From Prorocentrum cordatum (taxonomy: Eukaryota), in the NCBI GenBank assembly GCA_963575745.1, contig CAUYUJ010000281.1:248001-312000 (forward strand): 64,000 nucleotides of DNA, written 5' to 3'. Within the stretch, counting starts at the first letter, position 1; each line of letters begins with the position of its first letter. The position numbers and the translations under genes are program-made. A model generated the notes under the pieces. The model saw only the letters and a program-made list of their open reading frames with translations. It searched no databases and was not told the DNA's origin. Positions 61,635-64,000 of this stretch are shown in pieces.

Positions 61635-62097
61635 CCCTGGAAGGAATTATCCCCCTCACGCCCTCCTTCCTCCACCTCCCGCAAATCCCTCTCCTTTCTC
61701 CCCATGAGCCTCACCATCCTTTCCCCTTTCTCCACCCCCACATCCTCCACATCCTTCCTCATCCTTCTCCGCCTCCTGCAAATCCTTCTCCTTTCCTCCT
61801 CCTCCACATCCTCCTCCTTCCCCCACCTCCTGCAGATCCTTTTCCTTTCTCCTCGTGAGCCTCACCGTCTTCTGCTGCAGTGGCCGCGGCCCTACCTGCC
61901 GCCCGGCGACGACCACGAAGCTGAGACGGCGAAGGCCCCCAAGACGACGGCGCCAACGGCGATATCACCGCTGCGACGCCGATGACACGACGCAAAAAAG
62001 ACGAACGACGGGGACGACCACGAGGACGAGCACGAGGACGGGGACACGAGCGACGGCGAACGACAGAGCACAAAGGACAAAGGACAAACGACGACGA

Positions 62098-62137
<40 letters not shown>

Positions 62138-63119
62138 CTCAGGGACGGCCGCGCCCGCGGCCGCGGGCGGCAGCAGGGCCAGCGCGGCACACAGGAGGCG
62201 GCCGCCCCGCGGGGCCTCGGGCTGCCCGTGGTCGCCGCCGCCCGCGGTCGCCGCCCGCCGCCAGCGTCGATCGCCGACGACGTCGCGCCCGGCCTTCAAC
62301 GACGTCGCCGCCGTCGCCGTCGCCGTCGGCGCCGTGGTCGCCGCGGTCGCTGTGGGCGCTGTCCTCGTGGCCGTGGTCGTGGTCGTGGTCGTGGTCATCG
62401 GCATGGTGGTCGTGGTCGTGGTCGTGATCGTGGTCGTCCTCGTGGTGGTCGTGGTTGTCGTCTTGGTCGTCGTCATCAGTGGATTGTTGGGCGCTTTTTT
62501 AAAGTTCAGGGCCTGCTTGGGCTGCGGCGCGAGCAGGGAGGGCCGCCAGAATGTCACAGGAACGTGCGGAGATAGGCGCGCATGCAACACACATGGGCGT
62601 ATGTATTTACATACATGCACTGATCGAAATAGAGAAAAGCAGCGAAGGAGAGAGAAAGAGAGAGAGAAAACAACAAACAAACATGGCCAGACATAAATAC
62701 ATACATATATATATATACATACATATATATATATATATGTATATATATGTATAAACATTATGGGGGATGAGATCGAAGTGCCACGGGGCCTCCCATTTTG
62801 GATATCGTTTTCGTTTTATGCTCGTGTCGTCCGCGACGTGCGTGCGGGCGAGGCGTAGCTGCGCGAGGGCGAAACAGGTCCATGCCTTGCCCGGGCAGGC
62901 TGTCCTGTCCCTCCCCCCCCGGTCGGTCGGCGGTTTCCGCGGTCGTTCCGCGACTATCCCACATGATGCCCGTGGTTATGTCGCGGTTCCTATGGGGTCG
63001 TGCTGTGTTTGCGCCGTGGTTGTGCAGCGGCTGTCCCGTGGTTGTGAAACGGTTGTGTACAAGCCGCCGGCGATCCCCGGAGCACCCCCCCGTGCCCCCA
63101 ATGCCCCCACACCAAATGC

Positions 63120-64000
63120 CATGCAGGCCGCCCCCCCAAAACACCTTGACCTGCTCGTGGCCAACCTCGCCGCGGTGGGCCTCCAGCTAAGCACCGGCCC
63201 AGGGCAAGTGTGAAGTGGCCCCCGCTGGCGGAAAAAGGCCTCCGACGTGTCTCTGGGCGGCATCCCGCCGGGCTTCCGCCTCCGCACCGATCGCAGCTTC
63301 GTGCTGCTCGGCGCGCCAATGGCAGACGCGGACTTCTGCGCGGAGCAGACCAACCAGCGGGGCACGAGCGCCAGCGCGCCGATGGAAGCTTTGAGGGAGC
63401 CGAGGACGCGCAGGTCGCGCTGCACCTCCTACGCCACTGGCGCCACTCCCCGCGCAGGCCAAGCTGATCCGCGCCAGCGTCCCTTTTTGTTCCTGTCCAT
63501 GGACGGCGCTCTCCAGGCCTGCCTTGAGCAACTGAGGTGAACTGTTCCTCGCGCTCCGACGCCTCCTGGCAGAAGGCTCAGCTACAGCTCAACAAAGGAG
63601 GGCTCGGCCTGCGCTCCGCCGCAAAGCGCGCCGCCGCCAACTACATTGCTGCCCGAGCGAAGAGCACCGACCTCTGTGTCCGCATCTCTGTTCTGGCCAT
63701 TCCAACGGCGCTGACCGCGACGGGGGCAGCCTGGCGGCTGTTCCGCACGCCCACACCGCAGTCGTGGGTGACGCTCGACCACGCGTAGCGGCCACCAGAA
63801 AGGTCTGTCCGACGCGGTGGACAGCGCCACGCTCGACGGGCTTCTGGCGGGCGCCACCGTGGCCGGCATGGCTCACCTCTCCCTGGTGCAGGCCCCGGGC
63901 GCTGCCGCGTGGCTCCAGGCGCCGCCCTGCGAGGTCACCGGCACCGCCTTCCCGCACGGCCTTATGCAGGTCGGCCTTCGTTGGTGGCTGCGATTGTGGC
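63120..64000 (+). pseudogene. decayed CRE-like non-LTR retrotransposon RT C-terminal region, runs off window
   Basis: LAAVGLQLS, FVLLGAPM, WQKAQLQLNKGGLGLRSA, QKGLSDAVD, GAAAWLQAPP, LRWWLRL with frameshifts. Confidence 0.65.

Overview
Repeat-dominated, GC-rich eukaryotic DNA, most likely from a dinoflagellate. That assignment is inferred from several close matches to the dinoflagellate spliced leader (SL, DCCGTAGCCATTTTGGCTCAAG) and from the repeat landscape. Most ORFs in the supplied track are microsatellite artefacts. One host-like gene segment is supported: a formylglycine-generating enzyme (SUMF1-like) exon at 46892-47908 (-). Mobile DNA includes a full-length APE-RT-RNase H LINE (38158-44536, -, 13-bp TSD, SL-like 5' end), a decayed LINE, decayed copia fragments, a CRE-like RT fragment, many MITEs (two hAT-type families with 8-bp TSDs) and satellites. 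The most notable feature is an 8.3-kb TIR-bounded DNA transposon (51791-60123). It carries a frameshifted CACTA/Mirage(CMC)-like transposase plus three co-oriented intronless accessory ORFs: a KRPAA-repeat protein, an RRM protein and a Lys-rich Cys4 protein. Each accessory ORF is preceded by a genome-encoded SL-like sequence. A related element arm at about 28835 has an SL-like motif at the same distance from its end. All protein family calls come from motifs read by eye; no database searches were run.
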